Part shown: positions 36,931-49,690 of the stretch, one piece after another
How positions within the stretch are numbered: the first letter of the stretch is position 1
Layout of the letters: each line of letters begins with the position of its first letter
NCBI RefSeq assembly: GCF_000143415.4
Contig: NW_003314296.1
Coordinates: forward strand, 1,401,858-1,465,857
Source: Selaginella moellendorffii
Lineage: Eukaryota > Plantae > Lycopodiophyta
Length of the DNA stretch: 64,000 nucleotides
Direction of reading: 5' to 3'
The notes under the pieces: model-generated
Told to the model about the DNA's origin: nothing
Seen by the model: the letters and a program-made list of their open reading frames with translations, nothing else
The model's database searches: none
Made by a program: the position numbers and the translations under genes

Positions 36931-39900
36931 TCACGACACTTGCCAAAAGAAAGCCTCTTGCGAGTTAAACTTTGTCCACGCTGCCTGGAGAGGCACAAAG
37001 CAAATAGTTTTAAGCACAAAAAGATAGTGCATTGTTAATATTATTTGCAAACCTTGAGTAAATCGAAGACCTTCTCCGCGATGAGCTTCTCCTGCGTTGT
37101 CCTTTGCTGGATCTTGTCCGGATGGACACACAACGTGGCCTTGCGGTACGCTTTCCTGATGGAAGCCTCGTTGCTTAGCTCGGACGATGCCACGGGCTGC
37201 CAGCCGCTCCCTGGCCACAGTACCTGGCACAAAAGATATCGCCGTCAAACGCAATTCTTGCAAGAAAGTCGGTGCTGTATGCTTCTGGAAAAACTCACAT
37301 CGTGCAGGCTCGATAAAAGCGCTCGCAAGTTGCCTTCCTTACCAGCGACCCACGCACTTATTTGAGCGTCCACGGTAGAAGAAACTCGCTGAATGCACAG
37401 ACTTAACAGTGTGAGTTGAGATAAAAGCTTGATCGGAAGTTACCTGTCGCTCCTGTTGCTCTTGTTGAGCAGTCTGCTCACGTTGGTTTTTCTCCGCCAG
37501 GGCCTTCGCCTAGTCAAATGACTTAATACTTTAGAGTTCCCATGCTGTCAATATACTAGTAAATTTGTACGTACCGCGCGCTCCTCTAGTGCTTTGTCGG
37601 TTGATTCTCTTCTCTGCTTCTTATCTCTATCGAGATTCCCTGAATGGGCAATGTCAGTGTCATGTCCTCTGAGAATGCTGGAAAATCAATACCATTGGGT
37701 ACAGGGTCGGTAATGCTTGGGGAGGTTTCTGTTTTATTGGCAGGCCTGCATTGTTCACCGCTAAAGAACACTTTCTTCGCATTGCGCTCAGCTTCATCCT
37801 GCACAAGTAAAATTCTTGTTAGAGAAGACAGAGAAAGAAAAACGCTCAACTCTTTACCGAGACTCGCTGCTTTGGAGCGCTTGTTGACCGTCCATTCTCC
37901 ACACCCGCAGCAGCCACAGCTCTCTCGGCAGCTTTCTTCAAAGCTTTCTCTCTAAGTTCGTGCGCAGCCCTCTCGACAGCTCTCTTATCGATATCCCCCT
38001 CCTTTCTTGCTCCGTGATTGCCAAAGTCGTTCACCTTCCCTTCGCTTCGCTTCTCACTCTCAGTCATTTCAGGAAAAACCTCTGCAGACTTTTTCTTCTG
38101 TTTTAGTTTCGCCTCTGCTCGTTCCACAGCTTCCTTCATAGCCATCGCCGACGAAGAAAGACCAGCGAAATCTTCAGCTTGTGCCAGAGGTGGAGACATG
38201 TGTCCCGCTGCTTCCTTCAGATTGGAACCTTTGCCTAGAGGAAACTCGCAAGAGTTTCTACGCCACCGCTCATCTCTCTTGAACTTCGACAAACCGTCGA
38301 ACTCCTGCGCCTGCTCCACCATCTCGGGAGGTGCTCGCTTTGGAGGAGGGACATCCGTTGGCTTTGTCACAAGCTTCAAATCCCCAATCGTGAACCATGA
38401 TTTCGCTTTGGCCTTGTCCTCCTTCTTCCCGAAATCTGGAAACAACACTGCCTTGAGCCTCTCCGTAGCACTCTGCCTTTTCGACTTCCGAGGCGAAGAA
38501 TTCCCAGCTCCTGTATCCGATTTGTTCTTGCTGCCATTCTCCCTAGGCAGCAACCCCTCTTCGGATTTTTCTTTTGCACGATCTGTCTCGTGCTTTCGTG
38601 ATCGCTTCTCTGCTGCCTCTAAGCCCCCTGGCGTCCTGTTCAGATGAGCCTTCATCTCTGCTGCTTCCGAGGTAGCACTGTTAGCCTTCTCACCTGACCC
38701 CAGCCTTGGAGAGCAGCTGGAAACACTTGGCAAGCAGGAAGGCATCACTGTTGGTGGTGGAGGCGACGCGACTTTCCCTATATCTGAATCTGCCAACAAT
38801 GCCGAATTCTGAAAAGAGGAGCTACCTTTGTCTTGCGGAGAAGCTGAAACCTTCACGGCATATGGTGGCGCCTTGTTCTGTTGCGTTTGAGGGCCGCTGC
38901 TATCAACACGCTGATTTGGTCGGTCACAACTCCCCCCGGCACCTTTCACGTCTGTACCCGAATTCCGGAGGCGAGAGGTACCGTGAGGTCCGCCTGACGA
39001 CGACGACGAGCTCTCCCGTCCAGCCTTTGGCGAAAACAAGGTTGGTGGTGGCGAAGTATCAGCGCTGGTTTTGTTGTTGCCGCCGCTACCACTGGCTTGG
39101 TGTTGAGATTGGTTTGTTTCGGCATCACACCTGTCGCTACGCAAACGCACAAACACGATTAAAACGTCTGGTATATCCTACCTATAGAGTTTGAAAAATC
39201 AGTGACGCATGAAGTACGGCACACAGTGATCCTCGAAGAAAAATACTCGAGCTCCAAGAAGAAATCAAAGCAAGGACCATCTAAACTATTTCGTAAAGAG
39301 CGAAAGGATCTATAGCACCAAACACTAACGCACCAAATGGATAAAAAGCTCTCCAGGAAAAAATCAAATGAAGGAGCCTCTAAAGCATTTCGTGAAGAAC
39401 GAAAGGATCTATAGCACCAAATGATAAAAAGCTCTCCCTGTGCTAACGGGCAAAACACGATATAGGGATAAAAAATTCCTGGAAAGAATTCGTCCAAGCA
39501 AGGAGAAGAAACAATGCACAAGAGCTCAAGAAATCCATGCCCCAAAAACGATCCAAGCCAGCCAAGACGAAAAAGATCTACATATCCATACCTCTTTGGT
39601 TCGCCAGTCACTGTGTTGAGCCTCCGAGATCCCAGCGGCGAAGAGGAGCTCCGCTGATGCGTCGGGGCGGCGCTGCCACCGCTGGTGGTGGGAGAAGAAG
39701 AAGCATTGCCGCCGCCGCCGCCGCTAGCCCCAGCCATGGTGAAAATATCGTCATCGCTGCTGCCAGTCTTGCTCTTGATCCCTGGAACGCCCCCAAATAT
39801 GTCGTTGAAGCCATACAGCTCCACATTCGATCGCCCGATGCATTCGAATGGCGGTGCCGACGGCTGGAATCCCGCATCGCTGCCCCCGATCTTCGCCGTC

Positions 39901-40139
39901 GCCTCGCCCCTGGCGGCGCTGTCGGATCGCGCTCCCGCGGCGGCAGACAAATCCCCGGACGACGACGGCGAGTGATGCGCATTGATCCGACCTAGCGAGA
40001 ACTCGTCGAAGAGCTTCTCCGCCACAAAGATCGGCGGCGACGCTGGCTGCTGCTTGTTCCGGGGCGATCCGCCAATCCCACAAACCCTAGAGGAGGCGGC
40101 GCCGCCGGGAGCCATTGGAGCTGTGTTTCTGGCGGCCAT
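36931..40139 (-). CDS. Auxilin-like/JAC1-type protein with C-terminal J-domain, multi-exon
   Basis: [64 protein letters not shown]; N-terminal FNDIFGG motif. Confidence 0.88.
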
Positions 40140-40564
40140 AGCTCGCGGGAAGTAGCTGAGCGGCGCCGCTAATCAAAAAAATTTCGATTGCCGCCGTTGG
40201 ATCGCCCCGCCCATGGGATCCTCATTTCGATTTTAGGGCTCCTCTTTTCCAAGGGTATATATATCAACCCTGCTGACTCAGCCCACACGGTGACGTGGAG
40301 GAATCGACGAGCCTCTGACGTGGCTTCCCGGACTTAAATCAACCGCATTTCTGTTGCAAAAATCTAGCTGGCGGGCCACCCACCGTCGGATGGCCGAGGC
40401 ATCCGACGGCGCCGTACAGTAATAGCCGTTTAAAGGCATATCCTCGCGCGATTCCTTGTACGAACACGCTGGGAAGAACGCGTTGGAAAGATTCAGAGCT
40501 TTGTTTTATTTATTTGCGAGGGTGGCCCTTTGTACATGGTGAGCGATTTTTCTTTTGTTTTGTT

Positions 40565-43500
40565 CTAATGGTAGACTTGTGGAGAGGCGTAGTACTCACT
40601 CTCATTGAAAACTGGTCGCAAATCCTCATCGCACATAAAATTCAATGGGAAACAGACGAGATGTCCTCGAATCCCCTCAACCATGGTCGCATTACTACTA
40701 AAAAATGGAGCTTCTCCTCCGGCGTGAGAGCTATCGTCGGCCACGCCCAAGTCGATACTTACATGGTGGCCATTCTTTTCTTTCTCTTTTCGCGACGAGA
40801 TTATCTGCCGCAGTTGAGTCCTGGAATGTTTTCCGGTTAAGTTCTAGTTCTCACAAACAAAAACTCCGAAGACTTACCTTGTGTGTATGGAATCGTTCGG
40901 GATGCATCCAAAAATGGTGTCATACAATCCTGTGTTGAGCTGCAGTGACGAATTCGTCTTGATGAGAAAGACGAGACAAAGAAAAGTCTAGTTTTTTGTT
41001 TCGTGTTACCTCTGCTCTTGACGTCCAAACGTCCTTGTAAGTGGTCTCACAAATAGGATCTTTGATCACGTCTGCCTGGAAAGTTTCACATGTTAAGCAC
41101 GAGCGAGCTTCACAGAGATGTGCTTTCACTTACTTCGGACGCTTGGAAACCGAGATGCTCGACCCAGAGTGATTTTCTCAGTCCGTGAGCGAACCTTCCG
41201 GCTTTGTAAGCAGTGTTGTTCATTAAGGACGTGACAAATTCTTTGTCTTCGATCACGACCGCGATCTGGAAAGAGAATCGAGGATTAGCATCAAACAAAA
41301 AGCGAAACTTCTTTTGCTTCTTACTTCTGAGTCTCTCGACCCAAGTAAACTCCTATCGTTGATATTTGCCGAGCCTATAAGCGTCACCCTATCGTCTACT
41401 ATCAAAATTTTACTATGTACATATATCTGCGAGAATGGAAACAACATGAGCAACGGATGAGCAAAATTTCTTGAAAGTTTGCTAACCTGATTAGTTACAA
41501 GTGGCCCGTTTTCTTTCAGCTTGCCGTGTTGTCTCAGGCCGTAAAAACTAACAAAATCTTCCACTGCGTCCCCCATAGTGTCTCTTAGACGCTTCAACAA
41601 CGACGAATTTCCACGGCATATGGTTCTATATTGCCAATGAATGATGGCTCTAACAGATGCTGCTCCTGTATCATCGACACCACCCTACAAATGGAAAACA
41701 TGCTTAAATGTCGCCATTTAACGAGTTTGGAATCTTACCTGAAAACCAGGAAGCAGTGGCAACAGTATAATCACCCTGAAACACTGTTTTTCTTTGTACG
41801 CACGTAGTATCCTTGTATAAAGTGATTCCAAAACACGATTTTGAATCACGGAATCGCCATCCAGTCCAGAGATAAAGAACTGGTTCTGAATGAAAGATGA
41901 TACGTTAGGAGACATCATATGAAACAGTGTCGAAAAGTACCTCGATATAGATGAAGTGCTCGGCTTTGTCAATCAACGAGCAATATGCAGCTTCTATGCT
42001 CCGCTCTTCCACCTGGCTTGTTCCAGCAGACCACTGTCCAACACTTCGAACCACCTGACAGTTGCATTTAACTCGAGAACCGACTTCCTTCACGTCCTCT
42101 TGAGGCGAAGGATTATCTTTCTCCCACCAATCTTCTGCACTACCATTCGCATCATACCACTTCACACCGTCTGGACCGTCACTGGCTACGAAGTTGAGCA
42201 ATGGTAGATCAACGCTGTTGTTGCTACTGTTAAACTTGCTGAATCTTGCCAGTAACTTCGAATGTTTGCTGTTGTCCGCCAGGAGGTCTTTCAGCTCCTC
42301 AGTCTGATCCGGTGCTTCTACGGCGGGTAGAAGGGTTGGTATATCATCGGTAGATGACCTTGGTTTCAAGGACGCTTTTCTAAGCTCTTCCTGCGCTTCC
42401 ATGAGAGCCTCTTCTGCCTCCTTACCAGTAAGGTAATGAGGAATAACCATATGATGATGCGGCAGCAGTAGAGGTATGGCTTGTTCATTGGGTGCCTTGT
42501 TTCTCTGAGAACAAAACACTACAAAATTTCAGAAACAGATTGTAACACTGGTGCCTTACCTTTGCATAATTCCAACGCTGGACAAAATGCCGTGCGACAT
42601 CCCGACAAGCTGGACCCCATATTGCACACTGAATATCATGCCATGGCATGCGAGGTGTTTTTTGCCTGTTAATCTCGTCCTTTGTTGCATCTTCCCAGGA
42701 GTTTGGCTCCGATTCCCTGGAAAGCAAGGCGATTTTTCTGAGAAAAAAAATCGCTGATAAAATCTAGAAAAGATACCTGGGATTGTAGTAGTCCTTCCCG
42801 GGCCAGATAACAGCTTGATCATCCCTCAGAAGATGGTGAGGGTCATCATACCGTCCAAAACAGAGGTCCAAACCTCCTAAAAAACATATTCTTTGATCGA
42901 CAATCACAATTTTCTCGTGGTGCGACCTAAGAAGATGTTGGTATAGAAAAAATAAAAATAAGATTCTTACCACAAATAAACGCCAGAAGAGAAGTGATCG
43001 GGATATCTTAAAACTTTAATGTTTTCGTGTATTCCAAGTAGCTTTCTTTTCGTGTACAGGCTGTTGATTTTCAAAGCCAACGCAACTTCCTTGTACAGAA
43101 GAACATAAATCTAGAAGAGAAAAAGGACGATCAAAAAGATGAATACCAGCATAAGGACAACAAACCTGTACTCCTTCTCTTGCCTTCGCACCAAGCAAAG
43201 AATCCAACCGAGAAGACTCGTGAAGAGCAAACGGACGTCTGAGATAAAGCTCAGGACAGAACCACCAATCAGCTATAAAAATCTATATAAGAGATAGTGA
43301 GAAAAAAATGCCAAAATGAATTGTATGTTACCTCTGACTTCGCGGATGAAATCGTTGATGCAATAGCATCAAATGCCGACTTTCCATCTATGAAATATTG
43401 CGCCTTACTACCATCGCTTGTAAGTCCCCTTGGAGGAGCAAAAGAGCCAAAGCGATGAGGATGGCACCATCCTTCAGGTGGTCTTAGCCCGGCATCGTTT

Positions 43501-44745
43501 ATAGCAGCTATCCATTCAGCTGCCCCTCGCGCACCTTTGGTTCTCACGCGAACACTTCTATTGCCGCAAGTTACCTGCAAGTCACGTCAAATTCCCAAAC
43601 GGATGCAAGCCAGTCAAAACTCACGGCAAATCCAGATTGTAGACGACTCCTCTCTGGCTTAGCAAGGGATATCTGACCTTCCGTGTTGTTTGAGAGAACA
43701 TCAAAGACAATGATGTCCAAAGGTTTTGGATCGAAAGGATGAGCAAGAAAAGCGAGGAAACCAGGCTTTAATACTGCCCAAACCTGCAATTCATCAACGT
43801 TTACTTTCTTGAAACGCAAAAGAAGACGTGCCAAACCTTCATCCACCTTTCTCCACAACAATTGAAACAAGAAGAAAAGCATCCTTGTTCCTTGTCGTCC
43901 AGATGGCATACCCTGACATATCCCTCCTTCAGCTTAGAGCCGTATTCTGGTGCAAACGAAAGAGCTGAGACCCCGAAAAATTTGCAAACCTGACAAACGA
44001 CGATAGTAAAATTGCATAGAAACAAGCAGGCGAGACTAACCGCTTCACTGTTGAGCAGCTCGAGATTCTTGACAAAATGATCGAGGTATGTTTGCATCTC
44101 TGAGATGGAATTGTCTGCTATGCTCGGAAGTCTTCCCAGCGTTGGACGAATGACGGGAAGTGCTGCTGCAGAAGGAACGTCTCTGGAAAAGAAACGTTAA
44201 TCTGTCAATTTCTTCAATTTCTTCACAAAGACGAGAAGACGAGAAGAAGAAAAAGTTACCGTGGCATCGAATGCGTGCGAGTGATAGTTGCATCGTGTTG
44301 CTCGTAATCCTCGTGAGCTTGAGCGTCCCAAGACGATTGTAGCTTTTGTATCCATTCGATGATCTAGTCGCCAAGACAGAGAAAAGAAGGATAAAAAACA
44401 ATCCGAGAAAAGAAATCGCGAGCCTAGAAGCTTACTTTCTCATGCTTTTCCTTCAGATCCTCCAGAAACGCTCTCGTTTTCACGGCGGCGTGGAGCAATA
44501 GCGCCTGTGTGGCTTTTTTGTACACAGTCCATTTGAACTGCGCGCATCACAAGAATTTACCTCGAACGGGAATGGAAAGGTTTTACCTGTTTGTAAACCA
44601 ATTCGATCGTGTATCGCAGCTCCCCGCTGCTCTGGCGGCACACCGAGACGATCGACAATTGTGGCAGCTCCTCAAACACGCTGCACCGATCGGAGGCCGA
44701 TGCCCGCTCCGGGGAGCGCACGGGCATGTAGCGATTCTCGGCCAT
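40565..44745 (-). CDS. Phospholipase D zeta (PX/PH-PLD), multi-exon
   Basis: Two HKD motifs ([34 protein letters not shown]), [21 protein letters not shown], and C-terminus [18 protein letters not shown]. Confidence 0.94.
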
Positions 44746-47039
44746 CGCGCACACAAGCCCTAAGTTCTATGACCTACTTGGCCAGAAAAGGGCCAACATT
44801 ACACGGAATGTGAAGCGAGTGGTTTTAGTGAAGATAGGTAAAAAGGGCCTTTGATTTTCTAGAAGCTTTAAGAGTTAAACATTGTCCTATTACCCAAAGT
44901 GGAGGTTCTTCTTTGCTCTAGTGTTTAATAAGATTGTGTTTTTGGTTCTTGGTTCCAAGTCAATCTCCTCATTCTCATTATGCTATGGTGTAAGATGGTG
45001 TCATTAGAGGTTTCATCTTCATATTGGTGTGTTATCTTCAGATCAAGCTTTAGAATGTGTTATGGGGGCATGAATTTGTTGGTGTTATGCTTATCTTTGG
45101 TATTGCCATGATTTTATGGTGTCTTGCTCTCTCCCATTGATGTAGAGCCACTAACATTGATTGAAGGGGAAGATAGTGGCAGAAAAACAAAACAAATAAA
45201 AAAAAGTAAATAAACAAACTAACGCAGCCAAAAATGACCCTTCATACTTTCCAGGGCAGTTATTGGTTCTTGATAATGCAATTCTAACGTTTTGACATAA
45301 TTCCACAACAACTATATAAACTAATACTTAGAAACATTTGTTTTCATTTAGATTAGGGGCTGATCCATTGTGGGTGCTGTTCAACCAGCTATATCCACTC
45401 TACAAGATAGTAGCAAGGTGAAGTTTTTTAGTTACAGGTCTTTTAATGAGAAGAGAAGGTGTCACTATAGAAGCCTATAAAGCTAATGCTAGATACATAC
45501 TTTCTTTTATTGATCAACTTTTGTTTTATTTTTATTTTTTCTTGTGGACCAAAAGTAATAGGGGGTGAGTTGTGAAACTTGGATCATGCATCCAAGGCTG
45601 TTTTAAGATGAGGATATTTTCCATTCTGAAATGTCAAAATATTGATTTTAAATATTTACCATTATAAAAATTAGGTCAAACTAACTTCTAAACTCAATTT
45701 ATGTAAACCCAGATATAAAACTTTTTTCCAACCTTTTTTACATTGGTTTAATACCCTAAACCAATATAAAAACCTGGAAAGCTACTCCACAAAGGTGGCA
45801 TATTCAAACAAACAAAATCATTATAATGTGGTATATAAGAAATTCATAGTAATTTTAATTATTAATATATAATTAAAACATTTTAAATATAATTTAACAT
45901 GTAAATTAATGTAATATTTATAAGTCTATAAGTGTGACTTGTTGTTAATTATCTATATGAAAGTTTTTAATTTATCAGTTAATTTAATGAGAAGATTTTC
46001 CCCTAGTGTAGAAATTACTTAAAACTTTGTTCATTTGTTTGTAATAAATTGAAAGAGTAAAAGTAGTTATAGTGTGGTAGTTGATTTAAATATTATTTTA
46101 TTAGTTTATATAAATTAGTAATTTAAAAGTAAAATTTATGCAAAGAATATAAATATGTATCTAAGTTGCTAAAAAACCCTAGTTTATATATAGGAGAGAG
46201 TGGTCCAGATTGAAACTAATATGATGGTAGTAAAAACCTTTCTATACTAATATTAGTCTTTTCTAATAGATGAAGGGTCTTGGGATATTTAGGATTAAGT
46301 ATTAATTAATAACTTACATTGCCATCTCAAATATGGTAACTAACATACTTATTTAATACCACCAAATATTAACTCTTGAATTTTGACTTCATGAAAGATC
46401 ACCTAATCCAGTATTACTCAAACCTTAACCCTAAATATCTTAATTGATTAGAAAAGGAGATGCATTATTGTTCATTTAAATTTTTATAGATTGTTTTTTA
46501 AGTTATTATTGTTTGGTTACTTTAGACTATAAGCACTTGTGAAAGTGTGGCATATCCTCAGTCAAGATGTTAAGACATGAAATACCTTAAGTATAAATGT
46601 GGGATCATTATCCAAGAGAATCCGCTTCAAATAAAATTATTGGAACACCACTCAATTGAGGAAGAAATATTTATCAGTAGTTGTAGAGGCACTAGCAAGA
46701 ACATTGATTTTTATTGAACAAGCCAAATAGTTGGACGTAATAATGATATACTCATTAGTACTAGTTGATTGTAAAAAATGTTTTATCAAATCAAATGCTA
46801 CCAACTTAAATTAAAATTATAATTGATTCCAATTGTCCTTCCACATCACGAGGGGGAATAATACAAGCTTAGCACTAAATGCAACTATACACATACTAAA
46901 TATATCATATAATAACTTCAGCTAATAGAAAGACTTACCAAGCTTCTTTGTTACACAATAATGTCCTATATGCCCACTTATAATAAAAGAGTCATAGTAA
47001 ACATAGAAAAAGTATGGAATAAATATTTATAAGATCTTA

Positions 47040-47318
47040 AGGGGTAAGGTGTCAAGAGAACGAGACTCTCAAGAGAGCTATGACTCTCAACTTTCATTCA
47101 TGAGGGTGTGAATTTGTAAGGAAGCATAGTGAATTGTAAGAAACCAAAAAAAAAAAAAACTCAAGAAACAATTTATAAAGGTTTAAATATAAAGGGAACA
47201 AACCCATAAATAAGAGTGCACCCCCTTTTTCAATCAGTTAAGGGTTATGGGTAAGTGTCCTTGAGTTTAAATAATACTGAGCTAGGTGACCCAAGAAATC
47301 CAAATTTAGGAGCTTACA
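47040..47318 (+). mobile_element. Degenerate Cassandra-like TRIM fragment (internal end plus LTR 47135-47318)
   Basis: TGTAAG...GCTTACA LTR homologous to 22367-22559 with a decayed 5S-like segment; the upstream sequence matches 61141-61235. Confidence 0.7.
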
Positions 47319-48289
47319 CAAAATGCCAATTCTATTTGACAAACTACAACATAATTTATCGCAACACCTAATACCACCAACTTCATTTACAGTATAGACA
47401 AGTTTATACCACTCTCTTTTCTACCAAACTCAAAACTAGTCAAATACTAAAGTATTCATGGAGCAATAGCAAAGTTCCAAAACAAAAAAATTAATTATTA
47501 TAATCTAAGCTTTCTAATAGCAAGCTTAAGTAAAATAGTTTAGCACTTCATTACTATCTATCCCACAACTCACCACTTGTAAGACCATTATAACCACCAT
47601 ATATTGAAGGAGAGATTTTGATTGCATGGTGTGAACAAGAGCAATAAATCAAATCTTATTACAAATCATCTCTCAAAGAAAAGAAAATGATTTACATGTT
47701 TAATCTTTTGTCTCTGATGACTTTCTTTTCATTTTCAACTTGTTTAAACTTCAAGTATACATTTGCATTGCCCTTAGTCAAGTCTAAGAAATAAAAGAGC
47801 ATAACAATGACTATTTGAACCAATACACTAATTTTTATTGTCTTGATTGATTCACTTATAATCATGCTTAAAAGAGATCCATTAGTGTTGTGTTAAACAG
47901 TTATAGACTAGCCTATTCACCACTCTTTACAAATCTAGGGGAGGTTTACTTTTATCTATGGTAACATGGAATAACTCATGGTAACCACCAATATACCAAT
48001 ATTAATCTTGCCAACTCATAGTGTAATCTTAAATTGTTAATATGCCTTATCCATGAGCCTAAGCGCAAACTTGTACAAATGAAACATCTTACATTCATCC
48101 TATGAGCCTAAGTGAAAACTCACATAATATAACTAAAATCCATACCTAAAGGACACATGCAGAGTTATAGCAATCAAACATGTACCCACTCAAATCATTG
48201 TTTTCATCTTTATGTATACAATGAGAATAATTGCCCAATCTCATTAGATAACACTCATTGAAACATATTTTCTAATACCAAATATAGCA

Positions 48290-48760
48290 TACATGGTTTT
48301 CACCCTTTATCCTATGGTGATTTACCATAAAATAACCACAAAGTAAAACTTAAACTCTTGGACACGTGGCCAAGAGCAATAGAGTGAAACTTGAGCTTTA
48401 GGGCCTTAGGCCTCTGAATAAAGGTACAGAGTCAAACTCCTAAGCAGAGTTAGTCTCTAGGACAATCATAAAATCTTATTAAATATGGAATAGTGCTAAA
48501 TTGTAAATCTAAATATAGGAACAACACCATTGTGTTTAAGATAATCTTTATTTTTCTTTAAACTAGGCTAAATATACTTGGCTAAATAGACACTTAGGAA
48601 TTCCTTCATTATATTCATTCGGCTAAGTATAGATGCTAAATCAAATTTACTAACACTTGAGTAAGAAGGAGTGATAAAGGGTTTAGCAATGTCAATTTCC
48701 TATTATTGTGGTAGTAAGGAAAGAATATTTGAAAAGATTTGTCGATACATAACTTTCCAT
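48290..48760. repeat. Dispersed repeat, second copy at ~60690-61780 (interrupted there by the TRIM)
   Basis: Shared blocks TTATCCTAT.GTGATTTACCATAA, CTTATTAAATATGGAAT and TTGTGGTAGTAAGGAAAGAATAT. Confidence 0.6.
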
Positions 48761-49690
48761 ACCCACAATTACATTTGTGATAAAGCATCATCACAACTGT
48801 TAGTATGTTTAAATACATGCTTGAAGATGCTTAGGAGAAAACTCTAATCCATATGAGTGGTTACATTTAAATCATTATACCATTACAGTACTATCCTTTA
48901 AAGATATGTAGGAAACTCATGCAGATGCCAGACATTATTTTAAGAATGATAGGTAACAATCACTGTAAAGTAGTTAAACCAATAATATATTTCATCTCAC
49001 TATAGAAGAACTTTAGTTGGGGCAAGAGCAAGAGGAGTTACATTATACAATTACAAATGTTGCCATCAACTCAATCTTATAATTGCATGGCATTGAGCAA
49101 TTGCATTAATTGTTACTTCAGAGTCAAAGAAGGAAGGAGGTTGCTACTTTGCCATGAAGATGAGAAAAAACAAAAGAGAAGAAATAAAAAAATCTATAAT
49201 AATAAAAATGATGTAAAAGTTATATTTAAACTAAAATCATAAATTTAAGCACTCTTTAAGGACATTAAAATTGCCCTCAACTCTACTAATTTGAGTGCAT
49301 GGAATACAGAAACATGTATATCTAATTAGTCCAAAAACTATAGTTTATATACAGAAGTGATTAGTTTGGATTGAAACCAATTTGATGGCTATCAAAATCC
49401 CACTTTGTTAATATTAATATATGGTATTGTAGCTATATATTTAAGCCTCACACTTTAATTAAATTATTATAGTTTTTAATACATTTATAACTTAACTTAT
49501 TAATTTATTAATATTATTATTAATATTATATTTAAGAAAATTTACTTTTACTCAAACAACCAAAACTTCTCCTCAATATACAAAAGAATTTATAGAAGCC
49601 GACAGCTTGAGAAATCACAAGCACCCCCCAAAAAAAAGGCCTTATTGTAGCTCTCTTTTTTCCTCTTCCCCTCTTCAAAGTATATGGAAT

